A DNA stretch of 64,000 nt from Fimbriimonas sp. (GCA_031292555.1 JARLGV010000032.1:6651-70650), one strand, 5' to 3'. Shown: positions 8,330 to 17,898, counted from the stretch's first letter. Translations and numbers: made by a program. The notes: a model not told the origin generated them from the letters alone.

Positions 8330-10371
8330 GCGGCTGCCAGGTCTTTCGCCGCCTGAGACGCATCCGTCATCTTGGCCTTGGCTCGATCCGGCGACTCGCC
8401 GCCGTAGTCCATTCCACCACCCGCTTCCATGAATCGGAGCACGTTCGGCATCGTCAGCTTCGCGTATTCGCGATAGCCATCAACAGCCGTCTGGAGCAGA
8501 TCAACGATCTTTTGCGGGTCTTTCTCGAATTTCGACAAGACAAGTCGGGCTTCATACGTATCGGTCACTACGAGTTCTGGCAGGCTGCGGACCTTGAAGT
8601 ACGAGGTCTGCTCGGTTTGGACCATCCTTTGGAGAGTCTTTCTGGCTTCATCCTCGAAGCCGCCCTTTGCCTGTACGTCGGCAAGCAACTTGAGGGCCGG
8701 CATGTTGTTTGGATCGCGCAAGAGCACTCGTTGGAGCGTCGAAGTAGCGTCAGCGAGGTGGCCTGTCTCTTCCTGAACCCGCGCCAACGATCGAAGATTT
8801 CGCGGAGAAGGAGCCATGTCGGAAGCGTCCTTCGCGAATTGCATCCGCTCCTTTGGGTCACTTGTCATTTGAGCCGAGAGGCTGATGGCATCGGCGTCCC
8901 AGGGAGCCATCGATCGAAGCGATTCCAGCCTCTGCTTGGCCTCGTCGTACTGCCGAGCCGAAATGAGGCCGCGAACCTGGGCTCTCCCGGCTTCCACATA
9001 CCCCAAGTACGAGAAGAACAAGCTGAAGATGCAAACCGCGACCATGGAGGTTCGCCTCAAAACTGGCGGTAGGTATTCGGGAGCGACCGCGTCGGTACTG
9101 AGCAGCATCCCGAGGCCCATGAGCATGAACATTGCCAAGCCGATCCCAAAATAAGACAGGTCGCTGTCGACAAGACTGTGGACTAGCACCGCCCCAACTG
9201 CGCAGGCCACGCCCGCCCTTAGGACACTTTGATTGGAAGCGAGGTTGGCGCCGCCTTTGAATAGTAAGCGGGTCCAGTAGCCCACGGCACAGGCAAATAC
9301 CAAGAGCGCGAAGGGACTGACCTCTTCGGCAAGCTGAAGATATGCCTGGTGAGCCAAATGGGTTTGGGTCACCAGCCCGGGGCGAGCCGACTCAAATTGA
9401 AAGGTCCCGATTCCCGAACCGACTGGATCTTGTTCGATCAGCTTTACCGCAGACTTCCAGAGCAGGCTTCTGAACCCAACCGACTGTTCCATGTTTGTCG
9501 ACGTGTTCTCGATGCGTCCGAGCGGCGTGCCCGAACTGCTTCCAGGTTTGCCGGTCGGACGCATCGACATGGCTGCCGCCAGCGCGCCGATGCATACGAT
9601 AATCGCCGCCGCTGTGCCGAAAGCCTTGCCTAACTGCTTGCGAGGCACCCAGACGACGAGAAGAACGGCGTTTAGAATCAAGCAGACTCCAAGGCTAAGA
9701 ATGGCCCCCTTGGACTGGGTTAGAAACAGAGCGATGCCAATGGCCACGCAGCCTGCCGAGACAGCCAGCGCGATCAGGCGCTCTGACTGAATTGCCAGGG
9801 CCATGCCAAGAAATAGGCCGATAAGCAGCATGGCTGCCATCGCATTCGGACCTACCCATTGCGGAAAGATGCGATGTGTGGGGTCGATCGCCTTGTTCTG
9901 CCCATATTCGCGTATTCCAAGGAGGGCAAGGAGCACGCATCCCGCGAACAGTGCCGCTGCAATGATGAGAGGGCCCCTCTGCCGGCCACAGGCGGCTACG
10001 ACTGAAAAGAAGGCAACGCCATAGGCCAGCCACTCGATGGCGACGGCGATGGAGGTTCCCTTGAACTCCGAATAGCCAACCGACGCAAGAATCACCGAGA
10101 AGAGGATAAGGAGCGCGCCGCTGACCCAGTTATTCGGGACTTGAAGGATCTTTCTCTGGAAGAGCATGATCGCCAGCGACGCCGAGCACAGTAGGGCTAG
10201 GATCGAGTGAGAGAGGATCGGCGTCTCTAGTGCGCCGGAAATCGCGGAAAAGAGGGCATTCCCGCCTGGATCGAATGCCATGGCGTCGGTAGCGATCTGC
10301 CCTCCAATTAGTGGCGTCAAAAACGCGGCCAAAGCGAGAAGTATGAGCGGCAGATCGATCCTCTTTATCAT
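8236..10371 (-). CDS. O-antigen ligase (Wzy_C)-like polytopic membrane protein with C-terminal TPR repeats
   Basis: About 12 TMs; TQSKGA, R..LWKSA..LI...P.GSGIGTF and HLAHQAYLQ motifs; TPR-like C-terminus; start ATG 10371 overlaps the upstream stop. Confidence 0.8.
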   Translation of the reverse strand: MIKRIDLPLILLALAAFLTPLIGGQIATDAMAFDPGGNALFSAISGALETPILSHSILALLCSASLAIMLFQRKILQVPNNWVSGALLILFSVILASVGYSEFKGTSIAVAIEWLAYGVAFFSVVAACGRQRGPLIIAAALFAGCVLLALLGIREYGQNKAIDPTHRIFPQWVGPNAMAAMLLIGLFLGMALAIQSERLIALAVSAGCVAIGIALFLTQSKGAILSLGVCLILNAVLLVVWVPRKQLGKAFGTAAAIIVCIGALAAAMSMRPTGKPGSSSGTPLGRIENTSTNMEQSVGFRSLLWKSAVKLIEQDPVGSGIGTFQFESARPGLVTQTHLAHQAYLQLAEEVSPFALLVFACAVGYWTRLLFKGGANLASNQSVLRAGVACAVGAVLVHSLVDSDLSYFGIGLAMFMLMGLGMLLSTDAVAPEYLPPVLRRTSMVAVCIFSLFFSYLGYVEAGRAQVRGLISARQYDEAKQRLESLRSMAPWDADAISLSAQMTSDPKERMQFAKDASDMAPSPRNLRSLARVQEETGHLADATSTLQRVLLRDPNNMPALKLLADVQAKGGFEDEARKTLQRMVQTEQTSYFKVRSLPELVVTDTYEARLVLSKFEKDPQKIVDLLQTAVDGYREYAKLTMPNVLRFMEAGGGMDYGGESPDRAKAKMTDASQAAKDLAAAYRALGKPELAAEADAAGKVFAGALDSLSLK

Positions 10372-11267
10372 CGATGTAATTTCCGTTTGATGGCGTCCAA
10401 TTTGTTTTTGGTGATGAACAGGCTCGCCCGAAGGCCGATGGCGGCGGCGGCGCATGCGAGGGCAAGGGGCCTAAGCACGAATGGAACCTTGACGAGCATG
10501 TTTCGGCGATAGAACCTAAGCATCGAAGAATGAAACCGGCCGATCATCCGATTCGGGGCCTTGTCTGTGCTTCGGCCGATCGCATGCGTCACGACCGCGT
10601 CAGGCACATACATCACCTTGAACCCGCCATGCCAGGCCCGGTAGCACCAGTCGACGTCCTCAAAATACATGAAGTAGTCGGTATCGAAGACGCCGATCTT
10701 CTCGATGACTTCGCTGCGAACAAGAAAGGCACATCCACTGACCCAATCCACTTCGCGAGGCGCCTCGTGTGTCCAGTCCTGCATGAGGTAATCGCGGGTG
10801 AACCGGTTGTTGGGAAACAGCTTGCCGATAGGCGTGTTCCGAAAAAGTGCCGCCAGTGGATTCGGGAATCGTCGACAGCTGAATTGAAGCGAGCCATCTG
10901 GATTGAGGACCTTCGGGCCGATGATACCGGCGCCCGGATTCGATCGGATAAACGAAAGGAGGCTGCGAATCGTTCCCGGGTGTACCGCCGCGTCCGAGTT
11001 CAGCAGGAAGACGTGCGGCGCCTTGCGTTGCTCCATCGCATAGTTGTGCCCACCGGTAAATCCGAGGTTCCTGTCCATGCGATATAGCCGAACCCACGGG
11101 AACTCCGATGCGACCATATCCGGAGATCCGTCTTCGCTGTTGTTATCGACGACGATGACTTCGAAAGGGGCTTCGCCCATTGCCGCTTCAAGGCTGGCGA
11201 TACATGCTCGTAGATCGTTCTGGGTGTTCCAACTGCAAATGGTAACGCTAAGCTCTAAATCCGGCAT
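10368..11267 (-). CDS. GT2 family glycosyltransferase (WbbL-like)
   Basis: VIVVDNNSEDGS, NLGFTGGHN, LLNSDA, DWVSG, YFEDVDWCYR; start set at MPDLEL. Confidence 0.9.
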   Translation of the reverse strand: MPDLELSVTICSWNTQNDLRACIASLEAAMGEAPFEVIVVDNNSEDGSPDMVASEFPWVRLYRMDRNLGFTGGHNYAMEQRKAPHVFLLNSDAAVHPGTIRSLLSFIRSNPGAGIIGPKVLNPDGSLQFSCRRFPNPLAALFRNTPIGKLFPNNRFTRDYLMQDWTHEAPREVDWVSGCAFLVRSEVIEKIGVFDTDYFMYFEDVDWCYRAWHGGFKVMYVPDAVVTHAIGRSTDKAPNRMIGRFHSSMLRFYRRNMLVKVPFVLRPLALACAAAAIGLRASLFITKNKLDAIKRKLHR

Positions 11268-12114
11268 GGTAGCCCTTTGCCCTGGCGAACGCGGCAACGT
11301 AAATCGCAAGAGTCACAAAAGGTAACCCTACCACGCCAAGCCCGTTGCCGTGGTGCTTCCATAAGTATCTCGCGAGACTGCGGTGCCCTTCCCATATCAT
11401 GCTGCTTCGAACTTGCTTTGTGCTCTCTCCCCCGTGATGTTTGATCTTTGCCTTCGGCGTATAGAGGCACTCCCATCCGTTGGATGCCAACCGATATAAA
11501 AGGTCCACCTCGTTGAAAAAGATCGGGAATGCCTCGTCGAATGGAGCTGCGGTTGAACCGATCGATGCCAGCGCCGCTTTGCGGAAAAGCAGAAACGTCC
11601 CCATTGGCTGAGGAGCCGGCTGTTCGCACGTATAGTCGAATCGAGTGAGTCGATACGAATCCAAGCGACCTCCATATCTCGCGCCGAGGCCGGTCATGTC
11701 GCCAAGGATCCCGATTACTGTAGGGAAGCCGCGAACCGATTGCTGGATGTCGCCGTCCACGCTCACCTGCTTGATACCGAGCGCTCCGGCTCCCGGATTC
11801 GCTGCAAGATGCTCCAGCGCCGCATCCAGTGATTGATCGACGAATTCCGTGTCCGGATTCAGGGTGAGAAGCCAATCGCCGTTCGCCCGACTGAACGCGA
11901 TGTTATTGCCCTTGGCGTAGCCGGTATTGACCGTGCTTGCCACAAGCTGAACACGCGGGAATTCGGCACGTACCATCTCGCTGCTCCCATCCTTGGAAAA
12001 GTTGTCTACGACGATGATTTCGTAGTCGCAAGAAGGAGGGAATGCGTCGATCGACTTCAGGCAGACGCGAAGCAGGTCCTTCGTGTTCCAGTTCACGATC
12101 AGGATGCTAAGCAT
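11248..12114 (-). CDS. GT2 family glycosyltransferase (WbbL-like)
   Basis: IIVVDNFSKDGS, NTGYAKGNN, LNPDT, FFNEVDLLYR. Confidence 0.9.
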   Translation of the reverse strand: MLSILIVNWNTKDLLRVCLKSIDAFPPSCDYEIIVVDNFSKDGSSEMVRAEFPRVQLVASTVNTGYAKGNNIAFSRANGDWLLTLNPDTEFVDQSLDAALEHLAANPGAGALGIKQVSVDGDIQQSVRGFPTVIGILGDMTGLGARYGGRLDSYRLTRFDYTCEQPAPQPMGTFLLFRKAALASIGSTAAPFDEAFPIFFNEVDLLYRLASNGWECLYTPKAKIKHHGGESTKQVRSSMIWEGHRSLARYLWKHHGNGLGVVGLPFVTLAIYVAAFARAKGYHAGFRA

Positions 12115-12343
12115 GTAAAAGTGATTCTACACGAATCAAGATTTGCGCAAGAAATGCCCCCCTCATCGGGAACTCAGCCGCCTCGAAAGTGGCTATTTAG
12201 GTTCAACGTCGGTAGGTAAGGATAGTGTAACCAACTCTAGCATAGGTTGACTTAGGCTCCCAAGCGAGGGTAAGTTCGTTGGAGTTTGCCTAGTCGCCCT
12301 CGGGTTTGGTGAACTGCCGGGATGCCGGCTTGGAGGAGATGGC

Positions 12344-13636
12344 TTGCAAATCAAGAATCTGACCTTGGGGCTCGGACTGGTATTGGCTGGTACCGCATAC
12401 TCTCAGCAATCACAAACTTATAAGGTTCGAAACGGCGACTGCGATTGGACAATCGCTCGCAAATTCGACACGACGGTACGAAAGCTACACCAGGCCAATC
12501 CAGATGTCAGTGATTGGGATGTCGTTCCAAACGGGTACAAGCTTCGCATTCCTGGTTCAAACTCTCCGAAAATCGTGGCTCGAACTGCTCGGCACGAGAG
12601 TTTGGTAGATCATCGGCTGACGACGCGGCCGTTCAAAGTATCTGGCGACGACAACGACTGGATTATCGCTCACCACTTGGGCGTGTCGGTCCATTTGCTT
12701 CACCAACTCAACCCAGGGATCGATTGGAACCGGTTGGCGCCCGGCAAGAAGATCACCGTGCCGGTCGAGGGCTCCTCGGAGGGAACTCGGGTTGCCTCGT
12801 CCTCCAAGAGCGGCAAATCCAAAATCAACCGAATACGATCCCATTACGCGGTGATCAATACCGATGGTGTTTCGATCCGGAGAGAAGCTGGTCAGCATGC
12901 CGAGAGAATCACGACGGTCGATACAGGTACGCGAGTGGCCGTCTTGGACCGCGACGGAACCTGGTATCGGTTGCGGTTCCCGCGCGGCACTGAAGGCTGG
13001 GTACGCGGCGATTTCCTCAATTCGGTGAAGGCTCCAAGAGCCTCTCGCCGCCATCGAAATGACGATGAGGAAACGTCTACGAGGGTTGCTAGTCGACGAG
13101 GGCATCGGGGCTATCGCGGCAAGTCGGGTAGCGAGTCGATTGCTTTTCTGGACAGCGATGCCAAGACCGATCCGATCTTGAAACGAGCAGTGGCCATGCG
13201 CGGCACGCCTTACGTTTTCGGTTCGAACTCCCGTTCGGGCACCGATTGCAGCGGGTTCACCTGGCAGGTTTACGGAAGTCAAGGAATTCACCTCCCTCGC
13301 ACCAGCGGAGAGCAGTCGCAAGTCGGAAAGCCCGTCGCCCATGGCGAGTTGAAGCCGGGCGATCTCGTATTCTTCTCATCGAGAGGGCATCGCCACGGAG
13401 TCGGACACGTTGCCATCTATATGGGCCACGACAAGTTCATCCACGCCAGCAGCGGGGGCGGACGCGTCCAGATCAACAGCCTGCACGACCCCTACTACGC
13501 AAACCACTACAAGGGTGCGCGACGAGTGCTTGCTCATAAGTCCGGACATTCCGCGAAGGTTGCCGAGCACAGTTCCAGCCACGGCACGAGAGTTGCTCAA
13601 ACGGCCGACACCAACCCAACTCCACTCGGTCAGTAG
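12344..13636 (+). CDS. LysM-LysM-SH3b-NlpC/P60 peptidoglycan endopeptidase
   Basis: Two LysM repeats (YKVRNGDCDWTIA.., FKVSGDDNDWIIA..), SH3b (SIRREAG..WYRLRF..EGWVRGDFL), catalytic DCSGF and HVAIY; TTG start with GGAGGAG RBS. Confidence 0.92.
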   Translation: MQIKNLTLGLGLVLAGTAYSQQSQTYKVRNGDCDWTIARKFDTTVRKLHQANPDVSDWDVVPNGYKLRIPGSNSPKIVARTARHESLVDHRLTTRPFKVSGDDNDWIIAHHLGVSVHLLHQLNPGIDWNRLAPGKKITVPVEGSSEGTRVASSSKSGKSKINRIRSHYAVINTDGVSIRREAGQHAERITTVDTGTRVAVLDRDGTWYRLRFPRGTEGWVRGDFLNSVKAPRASRRHRNDDEETSTRVASRRGHRGYRGKSGSESIAFLDSDAKTDPILKRAVAMRGTPYVFGSNSRSGTDCSGFTWQVYGSQGIHLPRTSGEQSQVGKPVAHGELKPGDLVFFSSRGHRHGVGHVAIYMGHDKFIHASSGGGRVQINSLHDPYYANHYKGARRVLAHKSGHSAKVAEHSSSHGTRVAQTADTNPTPLGQ

Positions 13637-13659
13637 CGGCGAACAGACAAGTTGCACTA

Positions 13660-13697
13660 GAGGCGAGCCGGAGGAAGCTCCGGCTCGTTTCTTGTTT
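13660..13697 (+). terminator. Intrinsic terminator after the NlpC/P60 gene
   Basis: GAGGCGAGCCGGAG-gaag-CTCCGGCTCGTTTC followed by TTGTTT. Confidence 0.8.
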
Positions 13698-13943
13698 CCA
13701 GCCGATGGAGACAGTCTGTCGGAGGACGCTCCTACGGCAAGTGAGTTTGTTCCAGCATGAGTTGGAATGTGCGAAGCAGCGAATTCGGAGGATAGGGTCC
13801 AACCACCGAGTAGCCGCGTTCCGTTCCTTAGGGCAAGCACCTGCTCATGTGCTCTCGCCCACCAGCACTCGGTACATCGCCTGTCTGATCTAAAGAAAAC
13901 AGCGTATACGACCGATATACATGTAGCAGATTGGCAGAGTGTA

Positions 13944-15197
13944 GTGAAAACCGATCAACGTATCACCGACCAAGTGGCGCGATTCTCAAGCCGTGAGTCG
14001 GAGTTGATCGAAATGGCCTCGCGAGGAATGACTGACAAGCAAATTGCGGTGCAGTTGGATCTGTCACGCGACACGATCGTCTCCTATTGGCGGCGGATGT
14101 TTGCCAAGGCAAGGGTTACCTCCCGCCCTGAGTTGATTGCCAAACAAAGCCAATGGTTAGCCAACCGGCGAATCGCCGAGGCGGAGACAAGGAGTGAGAA
14201 TTTTCAGCTGGAGCTGTCTCGCCAGGCCCATCTTCATGAAGAAGATCATGCGCGCGATCGGTTGGTCCAAGATCTGAACGCCACGTCATTGGCTTATATC
14301 GGTGGCCAGGTTCCTCGACAGACATGCTACGAATCGTTGCTGAACGCGGCCCTGACGCTTACCCAATCGACGATGGGTTTTGTCGGCGAAGTAACTGCCA
14401 CAAAAGGCGTGCCATGCATCAGAACCCTTGCCGTCTCGTGGATCGAGTGGCCAGCCGCGCTGAACGGCGATTTTGAGATTACGACGAGCGGCGAGATTGT
14501 TTTCCGCAACTTCGACGTGCTTTGGGGAAGGCCCGTGACGGCAGCGGCCCCGATTGTTGAAAATGAATTGGCTCAAGGCGGCAATGCGAACTGCGTTCCG
14601 TTTGGCCACACTGGGGTCGAGTGCTTTCTCGGTATACCGGTAATTGACGAAGGGAAGACCATTGGCGTGCTGTGCCTGGCCAATCGGCCGGCAGGTTACG
14701 ACGAACGAGTCTTGAGCGATCTGCACCCCCTTGTAGAGGCCTTACGTAGGTTCATCTTCCGAATTCGGAAGGTTCACGATCGGCAGTGGCTTGTCACGCG
14801 GCTGACCCGTGGAATAGAGGTCCTTCAAAGCATCGTTGACGACCTGCCCGGTGGAGTCCTCTTGGTGAGCGACGATCTCGATATTGAGTATGTGAATATG
14901 CCTTTCCTAAGGCTGTTCAGTCTGACGGTTTCTCCGAGTTACTTGATTGGGAAGTCATGCTCCAAACTGAACGAACTCATGGCGGAGCGGGTCGCGGATC
15001 CGGGCAGCTTTTTCGAACGCATCGGTGAGTTGAGGGAGCGCAAAGAGCAGTGCCAGAACGAAATCGTCGATTTGAGCGACGGGCGTTCCTTAACGAGAGA
15101 TTTCATGGTGACCGCGTCTTCTGTCTCGACTTACGCCTATCTTTCGTTCTATCGCCCGATCGCTTCCGCTCAACTGCGAGAACTGACGTCTCGATAG
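13944..15197 (+). CDS. One-component regulator: N-terminal LuxR HTH + GAF + PAS
   Basis: FSSRESELIEMASRGMTDKQIAVQLDLSRDTIVSYW (LuxR HTH); FLGIPV..IGVLCLANRPAGYD (GAF); IVDDLPGGVLLV..YVN (PAS). Start uncertain; the ORF is open from 13767. Confidence 0.8.
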   Translation: MKTDQRITDQVARFSSRESELIEMASRGMTDKQIAVQLDLSRDTIVSYWRRMFAKARVTSRPELIAKQSQWLANRRIAEAETRSENFQLELSRQAHLHEEDHARDRLVQDLNATSLAYIGGQVPRQTCYESLLNAALTLTQSTMGFVGEVTATKGVPCIRTLAVSWIEWPAALNGDFEITTSGEIVFRNFDVLWGRPVTAAAPIVENELAQGGNANCVPFGHTGVECFLGIPVIDEGKTIGVLCLANRPAGYDERVLSDLHPLVEALRRFIFRIRKVHDRQWLVTRLTRGIEVLQSIVDDLPGGVLLVSDDLDIEYVNMPFLRLFSLTVSPSYLIGKSCSKLNELMAERVADPGSFFERIGELRERKEQCQNEIVDLSDGRSLTRDFMVTASSVSTYAYLSFYRPIASAQLRELTSR

Positions 15198-15239
15198 ATT
15201 AGGAAGAATTCTTAAGAGACTTTGCACCTCTTTGCATCG

Positions 15240-15615
15240 TCACCCTCGTTCCAGATTGAGGCCGATATGGAGCTCGTTCAGTTCAACCGTCATTGACTGC
15301 ATTTCCTGGATGAGGAACCGCGTGTTCTCGTGGAAGTCGGTGCCTTCCCGCCTGAGCTTATGTCCTATCCTCAACTTCCTCTATCAGACGATCATTGCCT
15401 TTCACAGTGCCCGGGGCAGTGAGCATAGCGTGGTGCCTGGCATTGTTAGCGGCAAGCTCAGTGCGGCTTGCCGCGCCGAATTCTCGCGATAAGAGCTCGC
15501 TACCGTGTCTTGGGAAATGCCCAATGGAGAGTCCGAACTGATCGTCGGTGAAGCCCTGCGCAGCGTGCTCAAGCAGCACTTTCCAACGCACGATACTCGT
15601 CCGAGTCGCCGCCAC
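15240..15615 (-). pseudogene. Frameshifted relic of a LuxR-HTH gene
   Basis: LEHAAQGFTDDQ, then in a shifted frame LGISQDTVASSY, then back in frame FGAASRTELAA; collinear with the HTH of the 13944 protein. Confidence 0.6.
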
Positions 15616-15711
15616 CCAAAAACGTTACACATGAAATGGGGGATTGATATTGCCGAATCAGGAAAGTAATGTGTAGTCAAGTTGTTGCAGAAATTAGTTC
15701 GAGATCTGAAT

Positions 15712-16050
15712 ATGAGAATGAGACGCCAACGAGTCGTCTTTGGGACGGGAACCATCACTCGCGACCCTCAGATGTCGCAGTTGCTGACGAAACTCAGATC
15801 GATGCGCCCTTTGGGACGTGCCGGACTGGATCGAGACGTCGTTCAGCTGGCCGGACTACTCGCCCCCTATGGCTTTGACGTCGAGATTCGACTGGCAACC
15901 GAGGGCGGCACGCCGGGAGTCGTCCACTATGTCCTGAAAGAGCATGGTCGGGTTGTGTCCAAACTCCTGAGCAGTCCCAAGGAGGCTATAGTCGCCGCTA
16001 ACTACCTGGCGACTCAGCGCCGCATCGCACACCGGCTTTCGCTGATTTGA
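15712..16050 (+). CDS. Hypothetical protein (about 112 aa)
   Basis: Fills the gap before the tRNA; protein-like composition; no recognisable motif. Confidence 0.55.
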   Translation: MRMRRQRVVFGTGTITRDPQMSQLLTKLRSMRPLGRAGLDRDVVQLAGLLAPYGFDVEIRLATEGGTPGVVHYVLKEHGRVVSKLLSSPKEAIVAANYLATQRRIAHRLSLI

Positions 16051-16159
16051 ACGACGCTCCCGTCAAAATTGGGGAAGCCTGGTTCACGCCGTTTCAAGCA
16101 CCCTAGAGCTGAGCCCCTTGTATTTTGAGCCCAATTTCATCCACACTATTCAGTCCGTC

Positions 16160-16236
16160 GGCCCGGTCGTCTAGCGGTTTAGGACATCGCCCTTTCACGG
16201 CGAAGATCGCGGGTTCGAGTCCCGTCCGGGCTACCA
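16160..16236 (+). tRNA. tRNA-Glu (TTC)
   Basis: Acceptor GGCCCGG/CCGGGCT, anticodon loop CT-TTC-AC, T-loop GGTTCGAGTC, encoded CCA. Confidence 0.97.
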
Positions 16237-16367
16237 GCCCACATCCGACGGAGTTTCCATTTCACCATTCGGCGCCGAGCTACGTCGAGTCCTGAGTCGG
16301 CAGTGCGAGGTTTCTGGCGCCTGCCATCAAAAGACGCCATTTCGGCTACATCATCCTAAGCCCCTGA

Positions 16368-17468
16368 CTAGAAGGGCCGCCCCGAAAGGCCTGAATCTGG
16401 AACGTAAAGGAGCCACTCGATTTCTGGAAGGAGATTGGCCATTCGTTCGTTAAGCCGTGCGCAACCCGGTTGCTCGGTTTGGTAATGTCCTGCCGCAATG
16501 AGCGTCATGCCGGATTCCGATGCCTCAACCGCGATATGCTGCTTCACCTCGCCGGTAATCAATAAGTCAGCCCCCGCACGTTGGGCGTCGATCCAGTCGG
16601 AATCGCCGGCGCCTCCAACAACTGCGACTCGCTTGATCGTCTTGTATGGGTCGCCCCATGTCCACGTACGTGCGGCAAGTGCATTGTCCACGACGTCCGA
16701 CATCGAGCTTAGTGAAATTGGTGCGGGCAGGACTCCAATTCGTCCTGCCGGCAACTCACGGTTGGGTTGGAGTGCATATAGGTCGATGACGGGCTCCTCG
16801 TAAGGATGTGACTTACGAACTGCCCTGCTTGCGGCGCTCACCCGATCGGAGTTTACAATCATCTCGATCCGGGCCTCGTCGACTGTCTCCTGATGCCCTG
16901 TAACTCCAACGGCGGGGTGCGACGTTTCAGCCCCCTGGAAAGTGCCTTTGCCGCATGAGACGAAAGCACAACGTGAATAGGCGCCGATCACGCCTGCTCC
17001 TGCCTCAGAAGCGGCGTCTAGAATGCGTTCTACGGAGTCTGGCGGGCAGCTCACCACTAACTTGACCTGCTGTACCTCAGCAGCGCTGCCGAACGGCTTA
17101 ATCGACCGAAGGTCGAACATCTCGGCAAGGACGTCGTTGACTCCGCCGTTCGCCGAGTCCCAGTTGGTATGCGCAGCAATGAAGCTGATGCCGTTCTGAA
17201 TCAACTTGATCACCGTGCGGCCTTGATGGCTGCGCGTATCGACCGAGGTCATCGGGTTGAAAATGAGGGGATGGTGGCACAGCAAAAGCTGGGCGCCATT
17301 GTCGATCGCGAACTTCACGGCCCCTAGAGAGCGGTCCAGAGACACAACCGCCTTGGTTACTGGCTGTTCAGGACTGCCGACTTGAAGTCCGACCTTGTCG
17401 AACGAAAAGGCATAGCGCTTTGGCGCAACAATCTCGAGTGTAGAGAGCACATCGCTAACGACAGGCAT
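16368..17468 (-). CDS. Nif3-like dinuclear metal centre hexameric protein with PII-like insert
   Basis: DKVGLQVG, HHPLIF, AHTNWD, HPYEEP, TGEVK, AGHYQTE; start set at MPVVS. Confidence 0.92.
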   Translation of the reverse strand: MPVVSDVLSTLEIVAPKRYAFSFDKVGLQVGSPEQPVTKAVVSLDRSLGAVKFAIDNGAQLLLCHHPLIFNPMTSVDTRSHQGRTVIKLIQNGISFIAAHTNWDSANGGVNDVLAEMFDLRSIKPFGSAAEVQQVKLVVSCPPDSVERILDAASEAGAGVIGAYSRCAFVSCGKGTFQGAETSHPAVGVTGHQETVDEARIEMIVNSDRVSAASRAVRKSHPYEEPVIDLYALQPNRELPAGRIGVLPAPISLSSMSDVVDNALAARTWTWGDPYKTIKRVAVVGGAGDSDWIDAQRAGADLLITGEVKQHIAVEASESGMTLIAAGHYQTEQPGCARLNERMANLLPEIEWLLYVPDSGLSGRPF

Positions 17469-17540
17469 GCCCCTCATTGTAGATCCGAGCGAGGGAAGTT
17501 CCACAAATGGAAACGGGGGCGAATGCCCCCGGTCTTTCCC

Positions 17541-17756
17541 TTATATGGCTCGTGCGTTTTCTGCTAGCTGGTCGAACCCGAGATTTATATGATTGTCTAT
17601 AGAATTGCTTTGGCTCGTACAGTATTCAGCTAACTTTCTTAACGCCCGTTCAGAAGTCGCATCCAATCTGTTTGGACTTGTTAGGCACAAGCTTAACAGC
17701 GAATACGCTTCGTCTTCGGTGAGCCGAAGTCCTTCTGGAGAATATCCAGCTTTCAT
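17541..17756 (-). CDS. Small hypothetical protein (71 aa)
   Basis: Strong AGGAGGG RBS before the ATG; occupies the otherwise empty space between divergent genes. Confidence 0.7.
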   Translation of the reverse strand: MKAGYSPEGLRLTEDEAYSLLSLCLTSPNRLDATSERALRKLAEYCTSQSNSIDNHINLGFDQLAENARAI

Positions 17757-17898
17757 CGTGCCCTCCTACGCGGTCGCGTTTACATATTTTAGACGTTTAT
17801 TCCCGGGAATTCTTCTGCTCCTAAACTCAATATCAGCCAAAAGTGGCGATTCCTTAACAGTCTGTAGGGAAAAGGTCCCGACGCGGTATCCTTTGCCA

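Noticed and set aside
12160-12300. c-di-AMP or c-di-GMP riboswitch assignment
   Set aside because: Only short fragments resemble the consensus; the diagnostic 3' motifs are absent, so it is kept as an unclassified leader
13700-16370. Integrated element at tRNA-Glu
   Set aside because: No integrase and no duplicated tRNA 3' end seen; the accessory genes lie on the 5' side of the tRNA
17593-17898. N-terminal extension of the DUF1385 ORF
   Set aside because: Overlaps the 71-aa gene on the other strand; family homology starts at ATG 17899
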